A stretch of DNA of 64,000 nt, from positions 1,188 to 65,187 of the forward strand of contig DASZGY010000080.1 in the NCBI GenBank assembly GCA_035938395.1, given 5' to 3'. Made by a program: the position numbers and the translations under genes. The notes beneath the pieces are model-generated. The model saw only the letters and a program-made list of their open reading frames with translations, was not told where the DNA came from and made no database searches. Positions 27,309 to 35,771 of the stretch are shown one piece after another. Each line of letters starts with the position of its first letter. Positions within the stretch are counted from its first letter, which is position 1. The DNA is from Acidimicrobiia bacterium. Lineage in GTDB: Bacteria; Actinomycetota; Acidimicrobiia; IMCC26256; JACDBD01.

Positions 27309-28739
27309 ATGAAGCTCGAAGAGGTCCAGGTGGCGGCCCTCAACCCCGACCGGTTGCTGGGGCTGATCGGACCCGAGCGGGCCGAGCGATTCGAAGCGAC
27401 GGCGAAGGCGGCGCGCGAGCTGCTGGCCGGACGCGTCGTGCTGAACGTCAACTCGACCGCGTCCGGCGGCGGGGTCGCGGAGATGCTCCGCACCCTTCTG
27501 GCGTACGCCCGGGGCGCGGGCGTCGACGCCCAGTGGGTCGTCATCCAGGGCGATCCGCACTTCTTCGAGATCACGAAGCGCATCCACAACAACCTCCATG
27601 GCGCTCCCGGGGACGGCGGCCCGCTCGGCGGCGACGAACGGCGCCACTACGACGAGATCTTGCAAGCCAACGCCGACGAGCTGCTGGCGCTGGTGCGACC
27701 GCGCGACATCGTCCTGCTGCACGATCCCCAGACCGCCGGCCTCGCGCAAGCACTCGCCCGGGCGGGCGTGATGGTGGTGTGGCGCTGCCATGTGGGCGCG
27801 GACGCCACGAACGCGAACACCGAAAAGGCGTGGTCGTTCCTGCGCCCGTACCTCGACCACGTCGACGCCTACGTGTTCAGCCGGGCGGCATACGCGCCCG
27901 ATTGGGCCGACCCGCGTCGCACCTTCGTGATCCCGCCTTCGATCGATCCGTTCTCGGCCAAGAACCAGCCGATGAGCCCGGCCGATGTCGAGGCGGTGCT
28001 GCACTACGTCGGGCTGCTCGCCGGTGAGCCGCCTGCTGCCGTGGCCGCGTTCACCCTCGAGGACGGCTCCGTCGGTCGCATCAATCGTCATGTCGACGTG
28101 CTCCAGACGGGCCCGCCGCCACCGGCGAACGTGCCGCTCGTCGTTCAGGTGTCGCGATGGGATCCTCTGAAGGACATGGCCGGCGTCATGACGGCCTTCG
28201 CGGAGCACGTCGCCGGAGACCGTTCCGCCCATCTCCTCCTCGTCGGCCCCGTCGTGACCGGTGTCGCCGACGACCCGGAGGGAGCGGCCACGTTCGAGCA
28301 CTGCATCGAGGTCTGGCGTCGGCTCCCTCACGCGGAGCGGACCCGCATCCATCTCGCATGTCTCCCGATGCAGGACCCGGTGGAGAACGCGATCATCGTC
28401 AACGCCGTACAGCGCCACGCCAGTGTCGTCACGCAGAAGAGCCTGGCCGAGGGCATCGGCCTCACGGTCGCCGAGGCGATGAGGAAGGGAAGGCCGATCG
28501 TCGCCAGTGCCGTCGGTGGCATCGTCGACCAGATCGTGTCGGGCGAGCACGGCCTCCTCGTCAACGACCCCCGGGACCCGGTCGAGTTCGGGCAGGCCGT
28601 GCGGCGCCTGCTCGACGACCCGCCCTACGCCGAGCTGCTCGGCGAGAACGCGCGGCAGCGCGCCACGGCGGAGTTCCTCGGCGACCGCCACCTGGAGCAG
28701 TACGCGCAGCTCGTCGCGCAACTCGACCGCGCGCGCTGA
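27309..28739 (+). CDS. treT: TreT-type trehalose synthase (GT4 glycosyltransferase)
   Basis: A string of motifs matches my recollection of archaeal TreT: NVNSTASGGGVAEML, FFEITKRIHNNLHG, LHDPQTA, WRCHVG, IPPSIDPFSAKN, VQVSRWDPLKD, LLLVG...DDPEG, EGIGLTVAEAMRKGRPIV. Starts 10 bp after the kinase stop. Confidence 0.75.
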   Translation: MKLEEVQVAALNPDRLLGLIGPERAERFEATAKAARELLAGRVVLNVNSTASGGGVAEMLRTLLAYARGAGVDAQWVVIQGDPHFFEITKRIHNNLHGAPGDGGPLGGDERRHYDEILQANADELLALVRPRDIVLLHDPQTAGLAQALARAGVMVVWRCHVGADATNANTEKAWSFLRPYLDHVDAYVFSRAAYAPDWADPRRTFVIPPSIDPFSAKNQPMSPADVEAVLHYVGLLAGEPPAAVAAFTLEDGSVGRINRHVDVLQTGPPPPANVPLVVQVSRWDPLKDMAGVMTAFAEHVAGDRSAHLLLVGPVVTGVADDPEGAATFEHCIEVWRRLPHAERTRIHLACLPMQDPVENAIIVNAVQRHASVVTQKSLAEGIGLTVAEAMRKGRPIVASAVGGIVDQIVSGEHGLLVNDPRDPVEFGQAVRRLLDDPPYAELLGENARQRATAEFLGDRHLEQYAQLVAQLDRAR

Positions 28740-28770
28740 CAGCGACGAGCGCTCCCCCGCGTCGCCGCAC

Positions 28771-29241
28771 TCACGCCGGCGGCGCCGCTTCGATGCGGAA
28801 GACGGGATGGTCGGGACTGATGCGTCGCAAGTCCTCCTCGGACGAGTCGGCCCCGACGCCGCCGAAGAAGACACCTACCTCGGCCTTCCAGCGCTTGAGG
28901 TAGGCACGCAGGATCGCCGACTTGTCCTCGTCGGAGAGCTCCGTCGCCCGGAACCGCTCCGTGCGTCTGCCGACGCGTAGCTCTCCCTCTCCGACCTCGC
29001 GCAGGTTCCGAACCCATTGCGTCACGCCGCGCGGCGCGACGAGGTACCGATCCCCTTCGTAGGTCAGGAGGTTGACCGGCGTGGTCCTCCACTCGCCGGT
29101 CTTGCGCCCGCGCACGCGAAGTTCCCTGGATCCCCAGACGCTGACCCCGGCACGCGTGAGCAGTGCGACGCTCGGATTGAAGACGTGCTTGGTGAACCAC
29201 CCGGGACGGACGTACCGCGGCTCCGATTCGCTGGCGGCCAC
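28771..29241 (-). CDS. deazaflavin (F420)-dependent nitroreductase family protein (Ddn/DUF385-like)
   Basis: GRKTGEWRTTPVNLL..EGDRYLVAPRG..QWVRNLR pattern typical of the Ddn family. Confidence 0.8.
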   Translation of the reverse strand: MAASESEPRYVRPGWFTKHVFNPSVALLTRAGVSVWGSRELRVRGRKTGEWRTTPVNLLTYEGDRYLVAPRGVTQWVRNLREVGEGELRVGRRTERFRATELSDEDKSAILRAYLKRWKAEVGVFFGGVGADSSEEDLRRISPDHPVFRIEAAPPA

Positions 29242-29263
29242 GCTCCCGACCGTATCCCGGGTA

Positions 29264-30289
29264 TCAGCCGGTCGGTCCGGCAGGAGGTCCGCCCGGTGGG
29301 CCCGACGGTCCTGCGGGTTGCCCCGGCGGTCGGGCTGCGGTCGAACGGAAGCAGCTCGCCGAGTAAGGGAAGTCCTGGGTCATGACGTAGTGGTACGTCT
29401 CGACCTGTCGGCCGTCCAGTGTGATCGTGCTGGTGATGCCGTGGCACTCGTCGAGGTCGCTCGTCGTGAGGATGTTGTTGTCGCCGACCTTCGGTCCGGT
29501 GATCGGGAACCCGTCGAGAGCGAACCCGATGACGTTCCCGACGCCCGTGTCCTGAATGCAGCTGCTCAGCGTGTGGTAGTGGTACTCGCTCGAGATTTGC
29601 GGATGGCCGTTGCAACCGTCCTGGACCTCCCACGCGCCGGCGTCGCGCCCGCCGGCGTCGAAGGCGTCGAACAGAGCGACGCCGGTCGTCATCACGCCCA
29701 CCTCGCCGGCGACGCAGCTGGACTTTGCGGTGACGGTCGGAGCCGCGTTGAGCGTGTAGGTGAGCGACTGAGCCGCAATCTGGTTCGGGTTGCGGTCGTA
29801 CTGGTAGGCGGGATCGGAAGGCTGGACCGGGAAAACGCCGGTCGTGTGGTCACGCGGCAGGTCGTTCGTCGTGATCACGCGATTGCCGCCGCTCATCGTC
29901 TCCGCGTAGCTCGCGTCCCAGTGGACGGTCCCCTCGACCGCGACCTTCTTGTTGATGTCGTACTCGGTGTTGTTGTTCACGAACCACGGCCCCCGTTCCT
30001 GCGCACCACCCGCTTGGCCCTGCGGTATGCGGCACAGGTAGACGGATCCCTTCTTCGGCGCGTCGGTCGCGTACTTGTTGTCGCCGACGGGCAGGATGCC
30101 GTTCGCGTACTTGTTGCCGTAGTCGTGTTGAGGGTCGAGCTTCAGATCGGTGACCCGGCTCGAGGCGGTTGCCGCCTTGCTCGTGGTCGTCGCCGAGGAC
30201 GAGCTCTTCGACTCACCACCCGACGAGCATGCCGCCAGCAGAGTCAGCACGGTGGCGACGGTGGACACCGCGATCAATCTCGGATGCAT
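29264..30289 (-). CDS. YHYH-domain lipoprotein
   Basis: Signal peptide with lipobox (TLLAAC). SSEYHYHTLSSC YHYH motif. Pro/Gly-rich C-terminal tail. Trimmed to ATG 30289. Confidence 0.75.
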   Translation of the reverse strand: MHPRLIAVSTVATVLTLLAACSSGGESKSSSSATTTSKAATASSRVTDLKLDPQHDYGNKYANGILPVGDNKYATDAPKKGSVYLCRIPQGQAGGAQERGPWFVNNNTEYDINKKVAVEGTVHWDASYAETMSGGNRVITTNDLPRDHTTGVFPVQPSDPAYQYDRNPNQIAAQSLTYTLNAAPTVTAKSSCVAGEVGVMTTGVALFDAFDAGGRDAGAWEVQDGCNGHPQISSEYHYHTLSSCIQDTGVGNVIGFALDGFPITGPKVGDNNILTTSDLDECHGITSTITLDGRQVETYHYVMTQDFPYSASCFRSTAARPPGQPAGPSGPPGGPPAGPTG

Positions 30290-30424
30290 CGCTCTCCTGC
30301 CCTCTGCCCGCGCCGCGCTCCGACGAGCGTCTGAGTTTAGATCCGCGTTCGTCCGGGAGCGGGGCCGCCGGTTGCCGAGCCCGCCCGACCGACTGGCCGG
30401 CGGCGCGCCGTACACTGCTTCGCC

Positions 30425-30907
30425 ATGGCGCGCATCGACATCCCGGACGGGCCCGGCGGCGAAAGCGCCATGGTCTGGACGCTGCGGCCCGAGATGGCCG
30501 GCATGGTGAGCAAGATGATCACCACTGCCTACGGGTCCAGCAAGCTCCCGGCGGCCGAACGCGAGGTCGCCCGCATGCGCATCGCACAACTCAACGCGTG
30601 CGGCGCGTGCGCGACCTTCCGAGCGCCGTCAGTCGTCGAAGCCGGTGTCACCGAAGAGATGTACGAGCATCTCGACGAGTGGCGAGCCTTTCCCGAGTAC
30701 ACCGATCGACAACGCTTGGCCATCGAGTACGCAGAGCAGTTCGCAGTCGATCATCGTGCGATCGACGACGAGCTGTTCGGCCGACTGCGCGATCACTTCG
30801 CAGACGACGAGATCCTGGATCTCACATTGTGCTTGGCTGTCTACCTGGGACTCGGCCGCACACTCGAAGTGCTGCAGATCACCGAGCACACAGACCTCGA
30901 CGTCTGA
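30425..30907 (+). CDS. carboxymuconolactone decarboxylase (AhpD-like) family protein
   Basis: AhpD-fold helical protein with the CxxC motif (LNACGACATF). Confidence 0.8.
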   Translation: MARIDIPDGPGGESAMVWTLRPEMAGMVSKMITTAYGSSKLPAAEREVARMRIAQLNACGACATFRAPSVVEAGVTEEMYEHLDEWRAFPEYTDRQRLAIEYAEQFAVDHRAIDDELFGRLRDHFADDEILDLTLCLAVYLGLGRTLEVLQITEHTDLDV

Positions 30908-31022
30908 GCCGTCGGAGCACGCGCCGGCGAGCACGACTCGGCGGGCGCGTCCTGTTTCCGGTTCAACCCGTCTCTATGCTCAGGTGCGGCTCACTCGCGC
31001 CCGATCTCGAGGAGAACCCAGT

Positions 31023-32291
31023 TTGAACCGGCTGCGGGCATTCGTCGTGTTCTCCGTAGTGATCGGCATCGTGTGCGTCTTCGGTGGTGTAGCCGGCGCC
31101 GGCTTTGACCCTCAGCCGACAGGCAAGGGAGACGGCACGCTGACGATCGGGCAGCTCGCGCCGGAGACAGGCTCGCTCAGCAACATCTCATCGTCACTGA
31201 CGACGCCCGTGACAATGGCGATGGACGAGATCAACGCCGCCGGCGGTGTGTTCGGCAACCCTGTGAGTTACTCGGTCGCCAACGACAACAACGAACCCGA
31301 TTTCGCCCTCGGATCGTTGGAGGTGCTGCTCGAAAGCGGCAAGGTCGACGCAGTCATGGGTCCGGCATCCTCCGGAACGATGCTGGGGATACTCGACGAC
31401 GTTCGCCGAGCGCATGTGCTGGTCTGCTCCGGATCGAACACCTCGTCAGACCTGTCGACAGCCGACTCCGGTGGGTACTACTTCCGCACCGCGCCCTCCG
31501 ACCGGCTCCAGGGACCGGCGCTGGCCAAGCTCGTCCTGAAGGACCACCACAAGAGAATCGCCATTCTCGATCGCAGCAATACCGAGAATCGCTTGGCGCT
31601 CGGGCAGCCGCTGAGGAAGACACTCAGCCGCGGCGGCGCCAAGATCGTTGCCGACGTCGCGTTCGATCCCGACGCGACGAGCTTCAATACCTATGTAGAG
31701 GAGGTCGCCTCCAAAAAGCCCGACGCGGTGGTGGTCCTCGGCGACCAGACCGACAACGACGTCGTCAAAGCGATGATCGACAACGGTCTCGGACCCCAAC
31801 AGGTCCCGATCTACGTCCCCGACGCGATGCGCACGGACTCGTTCGCCAGTTCGGTCGACCCGGGCAACCCCGGCGCCGTGGCGGGGATCAAAGGGACCTC
31901 ACCCGCTGCGACACCCGCGGGCGTCCACAACCCGTTCCCGAACAGGTTCGCGGCCACCGGCGTCCCGCCGATCTTCTCCGCCTATTACTACGACTGCACG
32001 ATCCTCACTGCCCTGGCAGCCGAGAAGGCGAAGTCCGACGACCCCGCGAAGATGAAAGACGTGTTCGCCTCCAACACAAGAGGCCGGAACAAGTGCAATT
32101 CGTACGCGAATTGCAAGGCACTGCTCGACAAGGGCAAGACGATCGAGTACCAAGGCGCCTCGGCGGTCTTCCCCCACATGAACAAGTTCGGGAAATTCGA
32201 ACCGAACGCCGGCACCTATGAGATCTGGGCGTTCGATAACACCGGCCGGGACGACGTGCAACCGACGGACTCCCAGATCCGGATCGGATAG
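31023..32291 (+). CDS. ABC transporter substrate-binding protein (LivJ/Peripla_BP_6-like)
   Basis: N-terminal hydrophobic anchor, then a type I periplasmic-binding fold pattern (IGQLAPETGSLS...MDEINAAGGV...VDAVMGPASSG). TTG start at 31023 with GGAG 8 nt upstream. The track ORF 30645.. is a 5' extension. Confidence 0.8.
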   Translation: MNRLRAFVVFSVVIGIVCVFGGVAGAGFDPQPTGKGDGTLTIGQLAPETGSLSNISSSLTTPVTMAMDEINAAGGVFGNPVSYSVANDNNEPDFALGSLEVLLESGKVDAVMGPASSGTMLGILDDVRRAHVLVCSGSNTSSDLSTADSGGYYFRTAPSDRLQGPALAKLVLKDHHKRIAILDRSNTENRLALGQPLRKTLSRGGAKIVADVAFDPDATSFNTYVEEVASKKPDAVVVLGDQTDNDVVKAMIDNGLGPQQVPIYVPDAMRTDSFASSVDPGNPGAVAGIKGTSPAATPAGVHNPFPNRFAATGVPPIFSAYYYDCTILTALAAEKAKSDDPAKMKDVFASNTRGRNKCNSYANCKALLDKGKTIEYQGASAVFPHMNKFGKFEPNAGTYEIWAFDNTGRDDVQPTDSQIRIG

Positions 32292-32306
32292 CCCGAGGCC
32301 CTCTCG

Positions 32307-32432
32307 TCAGACGTCTTCGTGGTCGTCGTCGGCGCCGTCCCCGGTTCCTCTGCGGAGCTCCTTCATGGACCCGCCCCGCGACCGCGCCAGCTCCGGGACC
32401 TTCTCGCTGCCGAACGGGAGCACCACGGTGGC
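32307..32432 (-). pseudogene. TatA hinge plus amphipathic-helix fragment lacking its transmembrane helix
   Basis: Minus-strand frame reads ATVVLPFGSEKVPELARSRGGSMKELRRGTGDGADDDHEDV*. This matches the TatA FG-hinge/APH consensus (LFGxKKLPExxRSxGxSxRxFK). GC3 is about 92%. No TM-coding sequence lies upstream in any frame of that strand. Confidence 0.45.
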
Positions 32433-32445
32433 GTAACCTCGCTCT

Positions 32446-32664
32446 GTGTTCGAGGGTCTCTTTTCGCCTTGGCACCTCCTGATCATCGCCGTGGTCGTGT
32501 TCATACTGGTCAGTCCGCGCAAGGTCGCGGCGCGATGGCACGATCTGCGTAACGCGGGGCGTCGGGCGATGGGCGAACCCGACGACGAGGGTTCGCGCCC
32601 GGTGGACACGCCGGCGAAACGCTCGGTCGCGTATCGGTTGGGCCGGCTCCTGCGACGCCGCTGA
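32446..32664 (+). CDS. TatA-like small membrane protein (N-terminus canonical, remainder atypical)
   Basis: GTG-start 72-aa ORF. MFEGLFSPWHLLIIAVVV matches the TatA N-terminus/TM, but the FG hinge is replaced by VS and the tail is basic. GC3 of the tail is lower (about 80%). No SD. TAACCT lies 6 nt upstream of the GTG. Confidence 0.45.
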   Translation: MFEGLFSPWHLLIIAVVVFILVSPRKVAARWHDLRNAGRRAMGEPDDEGSRPVDTPAKRSVAYRLGRLLRRR

Positions 32665-32688
32665 CCCCACGGCACCCGCCAGACGAGA

Positions 32689-34164
32689 TCAGCGCGCCGG
32701 TTCGAAGATCCGCGATCGTTCTCGGGGCGTGGCCTGGCCCGCGAACACCTGCAACTTCTCGAGCGCGGGAAACAGCGCACCGAAGAAACGGCCCTGCAGC
32801 TCTCGGACGGTCGCGCCGTCCTCGTTCTCCAAGCCGCTCAGGAGGTTGAGTCGAGAGCGATCGACCCACTCCTGCAGCTCCGGCGCTTCTTGCCACCCCA
32901 TCTCCGTGCTGATGCCGGCGAGGACGACGCGCAGGTAGTCGAACGGCGTGTGGGGCATCACGGCAGGCGGGCAGAGCGCGTTCTTTTCCTCCGTCGTCCT
33001 GCCCGTTGCCTCGAGGAAGCCCTGCAACGCGCCCGACAACGTGAGGCCCACCCGCGTCACGAGCTGGAGGGTGATGGTGTCGTCGGTAAAGATCGCTCGA
33101 GGTGCGTTGTCGCTCAGTCCGGACGCGGCGCAATGCACGTGGAGATGATCAGGAGTGGTCGGGATGGAGCCCTGCTCGAGGACGATCTGGTCGGGCTCGA
33201 TGCGCTCGACGTGTCCGAGCCTGACGACATTGCTGATTCGACGGAGTTGCTCGAGCTCCCGGAGGCTCAACGTCGCGCCCTTCATCATGGTCGGCACGAC
33301 GGCAATGTCGGTGCGGAGCATCACCTCGTGCTCTTCGAGGCGTTCGTACACCTCTTCCACCGACTCCGACGCGACGATCGCCTCGAGCTGGAGGACGACC
33401 CCTTCAAAGGTGCGCACCTGCCCGGGCTGAAAGAACGCTCGGTTCAGGATCCATGTGTCACGCGGACGAATCCAGGTGATGTCGTCGGCTTCGATACCGC
33501 GATCGAGCAGCCAGCAGATCGCATCCAACGCGGTCTTGCCGCCACCGATGATCACGTATCCGGCGGGCGGGTTCCCGACCGTGGTCAGCTCGCCGACAGG
33601 GACGCAGCGAACACCGGCCGCCACGTCGAACGGGGCAGGATCGGTCGCAGGCACCCGCGAGGCCATGTAGGTGGCGTCGACGACGTGGCTTCGAACCGTC
33701 ACGTCCGTCACCTGGTTGCGCAGCCGGGAGCGGAAGCGCCCGTCGCCCCGGTAGTCGCACATCGGAAAGAACCGGACCCGACCCGACGCCAAGAACCGGT
33801 GACGCATGATCTCGTCGAAGTAGCCGCAGATCTCGGCGCCGCTGGCTCGCTCGTAGAAGCCGGTGTCCGAGCCTTCAGTCTCGGTCCGGTCCTGTCCGAG
33901 CGGGGTCGAGTCGACGCCGTAGAACCTCGACGGCTGATGGAGCTGGACGAACGGGTACGCGTCCAGCCAGTGGCCGCCCGGGCGATGGCGGCGCTCGACC
34001 ATCACGACGTCCGCATCGCTGTGCTCGATCAACGCGTCGACGAAGGCCATCCCGAGCGCGCCGGCACCGACGACGAGATAGTCCGTCTCGAGATGCGAGT
34101 CCCCGCCCATCTCCCGCAAAGTAGTCCTGGCGTGCAAACGCTGCTCGCGGGCGGCACCCGCCAT
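32689..34164 (-). CDS. FAD/NAD(P)-binding flavoprotein (two dinucleotide-binding domains, FMO-like)
   Basis: YLVVGAGALGMA (FAD) and YVIIGGGKTALDA (NADPH) GxGxxG motifs. An alternative ATG start lies at 34110. Confidence 0.8.
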   Translation of the reverse strand: MAGAAREQRLHARTTLREMGGDSHLETDYLVVGAGALGMAFVDALIEHSDADVVMVERRHRPGGHWLDAYPFVQLHQPSRFYGVDSTPLGQDRTETEGSDTGFYERASGAEICGYFDEIMRHRFLASGRVRFFPMCDYRGDGRFRSRLRNQVTDVTVRSHVVDATYMASRVPATDPAPFDVAAGVRCVPVGELTTVGNPPAGYVIIGGGKTALDAICWLLDRGIEADDITWIRPRDTWILNRAFFQPGQVRTFEGVVLQLEAIVASESVEEVYERLEEHEVMLRTDIAVVPTMMKGATLSLRELEQLRRISNVVRLGHVERIEPDQIVLEQGSIPTTPDHLHVHCAASGLSDNAPRAIFTDDTITLQLVTRVGLTLSGALQGFLEATGRTTEEKNALCPPAVMPHTPFDYLRVVLAGISTEMGWQEAPELQEWVDRSRLNLLSGLENEDGATVRELQGRFFGALFPALEKLQVFAGQATPRERSRIFEPAR

Positions 34165-34206
34165 AGGGTCGTCCCGGCTGTTCCGGCGTCCGACGTACGC
34201 CGAGTC

Positions 34207-34449
34207 TCAGGGCGCTTTGCCGCGCGTAACCCACCGCTCGAAGAGGTCGACGTTGGCGGTTGGCCACGCGCCGTCACACGGCATGCTCCCTGCCCGAAGC
34301 CGGGCGAGAATGGCGTCGGCATGGCTGCTGACATCGTCGAAGGACCACAAGTCGAAGTGTGAGCTCATCGATTGTCGATCGAGAGGCCGGAACAGTCCCT
34401 TGATGTTGGTGTCGAAGCTGACCTGCTCGTCCGGTCCGGGCGATGTCAT
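34207..34449 (-). CDS. small conserved-looking hypothetical protein (80 aa)
   Basis: ATG at 34449 is preceded by AAGGAGGA. Sequence: MTSPGPDEQVSFDTNIKGLFRPLDRQSM...GSMPCDGAWPTANVDLFERWV. High GC3. Lies 42 bp upstream of the flavoprotein gene. Confidence 0.6.
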   Translation of the reverse strand: MTSPGPDEQVSFDTNIKGLFRPLDRQSMSSHFDLWSFDDVSSHADAILARLRAGSMPCDGAWPTANVDLFERWVTRGKAP

Positions 34450-34493
34450 ATGAGCTTCCTCCTTCGCGCCAACCTCGGTTGTGGTTCTGTCCG

Positions 34494-35729
34494 TCAGGCC
34501 GACGGGTTCTCGAGGACAAGTGCAACGCCCTGGCCCGAGCCGACGCACACGCCGAGCGCTCCGTAGCGAGCTCCTCGCTTGCGCAGCTCGGTTGCGAGCG
34601 TGAGCACGTATCGGGTACCGGACGACCCGAACGGGTGGCCAATGGCGACCGCGCCGCCGTTCGGGTTCAAGCGCTCGTCCGGAACCTGGAACCCGTCGAG
34701 CTGGTTGGGCAGCTCACGCAGGATCGCCACCGCGACCGCCGCGTACGCCTCGTGGATCTCCCACACATCGATCTGCTTCGGGGTGAGGCCGGCTCGGTCG
34801 AGCGCCTTCGGTATCGCGAACGCCGGCGCGATCCCCATGATCCGAGGATCGAGTGCGTACGTCGCCGACGCGACCACGCGCGCAAGCGGCTCGACGTCGA
34901 GCTCGCCGGCCGCCTCGGCACTGGCGAGCACGACCGCGCTCGCACCGTCGTTCAGGGGCGAAGAGTTGCCGGCCGTCATCTGCGTGGTGTTCGGCTGTGC
35001 CGGGAGCGCCGCCAGCTTCTCCGCCGTCGTGTCGCCGCGGATGCTCTCGTCATGCTCGAACGTGCGCCCGGGCTGCCTTCGGCTTGCCGGGATCTCGACC
35101 GGACGGATCTCGAGCGCGAGCCGTCCCGAATCACGCGCCGCGGCTGCGTGTTGATGGGAGCGCAACGCGAAGGCGTCGATCTCTTCGCGGGACAGCTTGT
35201 ATTCGTCGGCGACGTTCTGCGCGGTCTGCATCATGTCGATGTACGCGTCTCTGGCGAGCAGCACAGGGTTCGGTGGGCCACCCGCGCCGGCCCACATCGT
35301 GTCGAGCATCAGTACCGGACCGCGCGGCATGAACGGCGCGTCGCCCTTCATCAGCGCCCACCCCGATCGGGACATCGACTCGACCCCGCCCGCCAGGCCG
35401 ACGCCGAGCTCGCCGGCGCGAATCGCGTGGGTGATCTGGATCGCGCACGTCAGTGAGGATGCGCAGAAGCGGTTGACGGTCGCGGCGGGGACAGAATCCG
35501 GGAAGCCGGCACCGAGCGCCGCCCAGCGCGCGATGTCGCCCATCCCCTCGTGTGCCACGTTGACACAACCTGCCGCGATGTCCTCGATCCGGTCCAGAGG
35601 GACCCCGACTCGCTCGCACGCCACGACCATCGTCTGGCCGAGCAGGTCGTCGGTGCGGATGTGCGACAGTGAGCCGCCGTAGCGTCCGACCGGGGTTCGC
35701 ACGCCGCCGAGAACGAAGGCATCAGTCAT
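34494..35729 (-). CDS. acetyl-CoA C-acyltransferase (thiolase)
   Basis: Active-site Cys region NRFCASSL, C-terminal NPNGGAIAIGHPFGSSG, and CVGSGQG thiolase signatures. Confidence 0.92.
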   Translation of the reverse strand: MTDAFVLGGVRTPVGRYGGSLSHIRTDDLLGQTMVVACERVGVPLDRIEDIAAGCVNVAHEGMGDIARWAALGAGFPDSVPAATVNRFCASSLTCAIQITHAIRAGELGVGLAGGVESMSRSGWALMKGDAPFMPRGPVLMLDTMWAGAGGPPNPVLLARDAYIDMMQTAQNVADEYKLSREEIDAFALRSHQHAAAARDSGRLALEIRPVEIPASRRQPGRTFEHDESIRGDTTAEKLAALPAQPNTTQMTAGNSSPLNDGASAVVLASAEAAGELDVEPLARVVASATYALDPRIMGIAPAFAIPKALDRAGLTPKQIDVWEIHEAYAAVAVAILRELPNQLDGFQVPDERLNPNGGAVAIGHPFGSSGTRYVLTLATELRKRGARYGALGVCVGSGQGVALVLENPSA

Positions 35730-35771
35730 CGTGATGGTTCTCCTCGACCGGAACTCTACCGACGCAGCCGA

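Noticed and set aside
25493-29241. Search for DosR boxes (TTSGGGACTWWAGTCCCSAA) near the DosR-like system.
   Set aside because: Only isolated GGGACT half-sites were seen (for example inside the Ddn-like and adnB coding regions). There is no full dyad in any intergenic region of the window.
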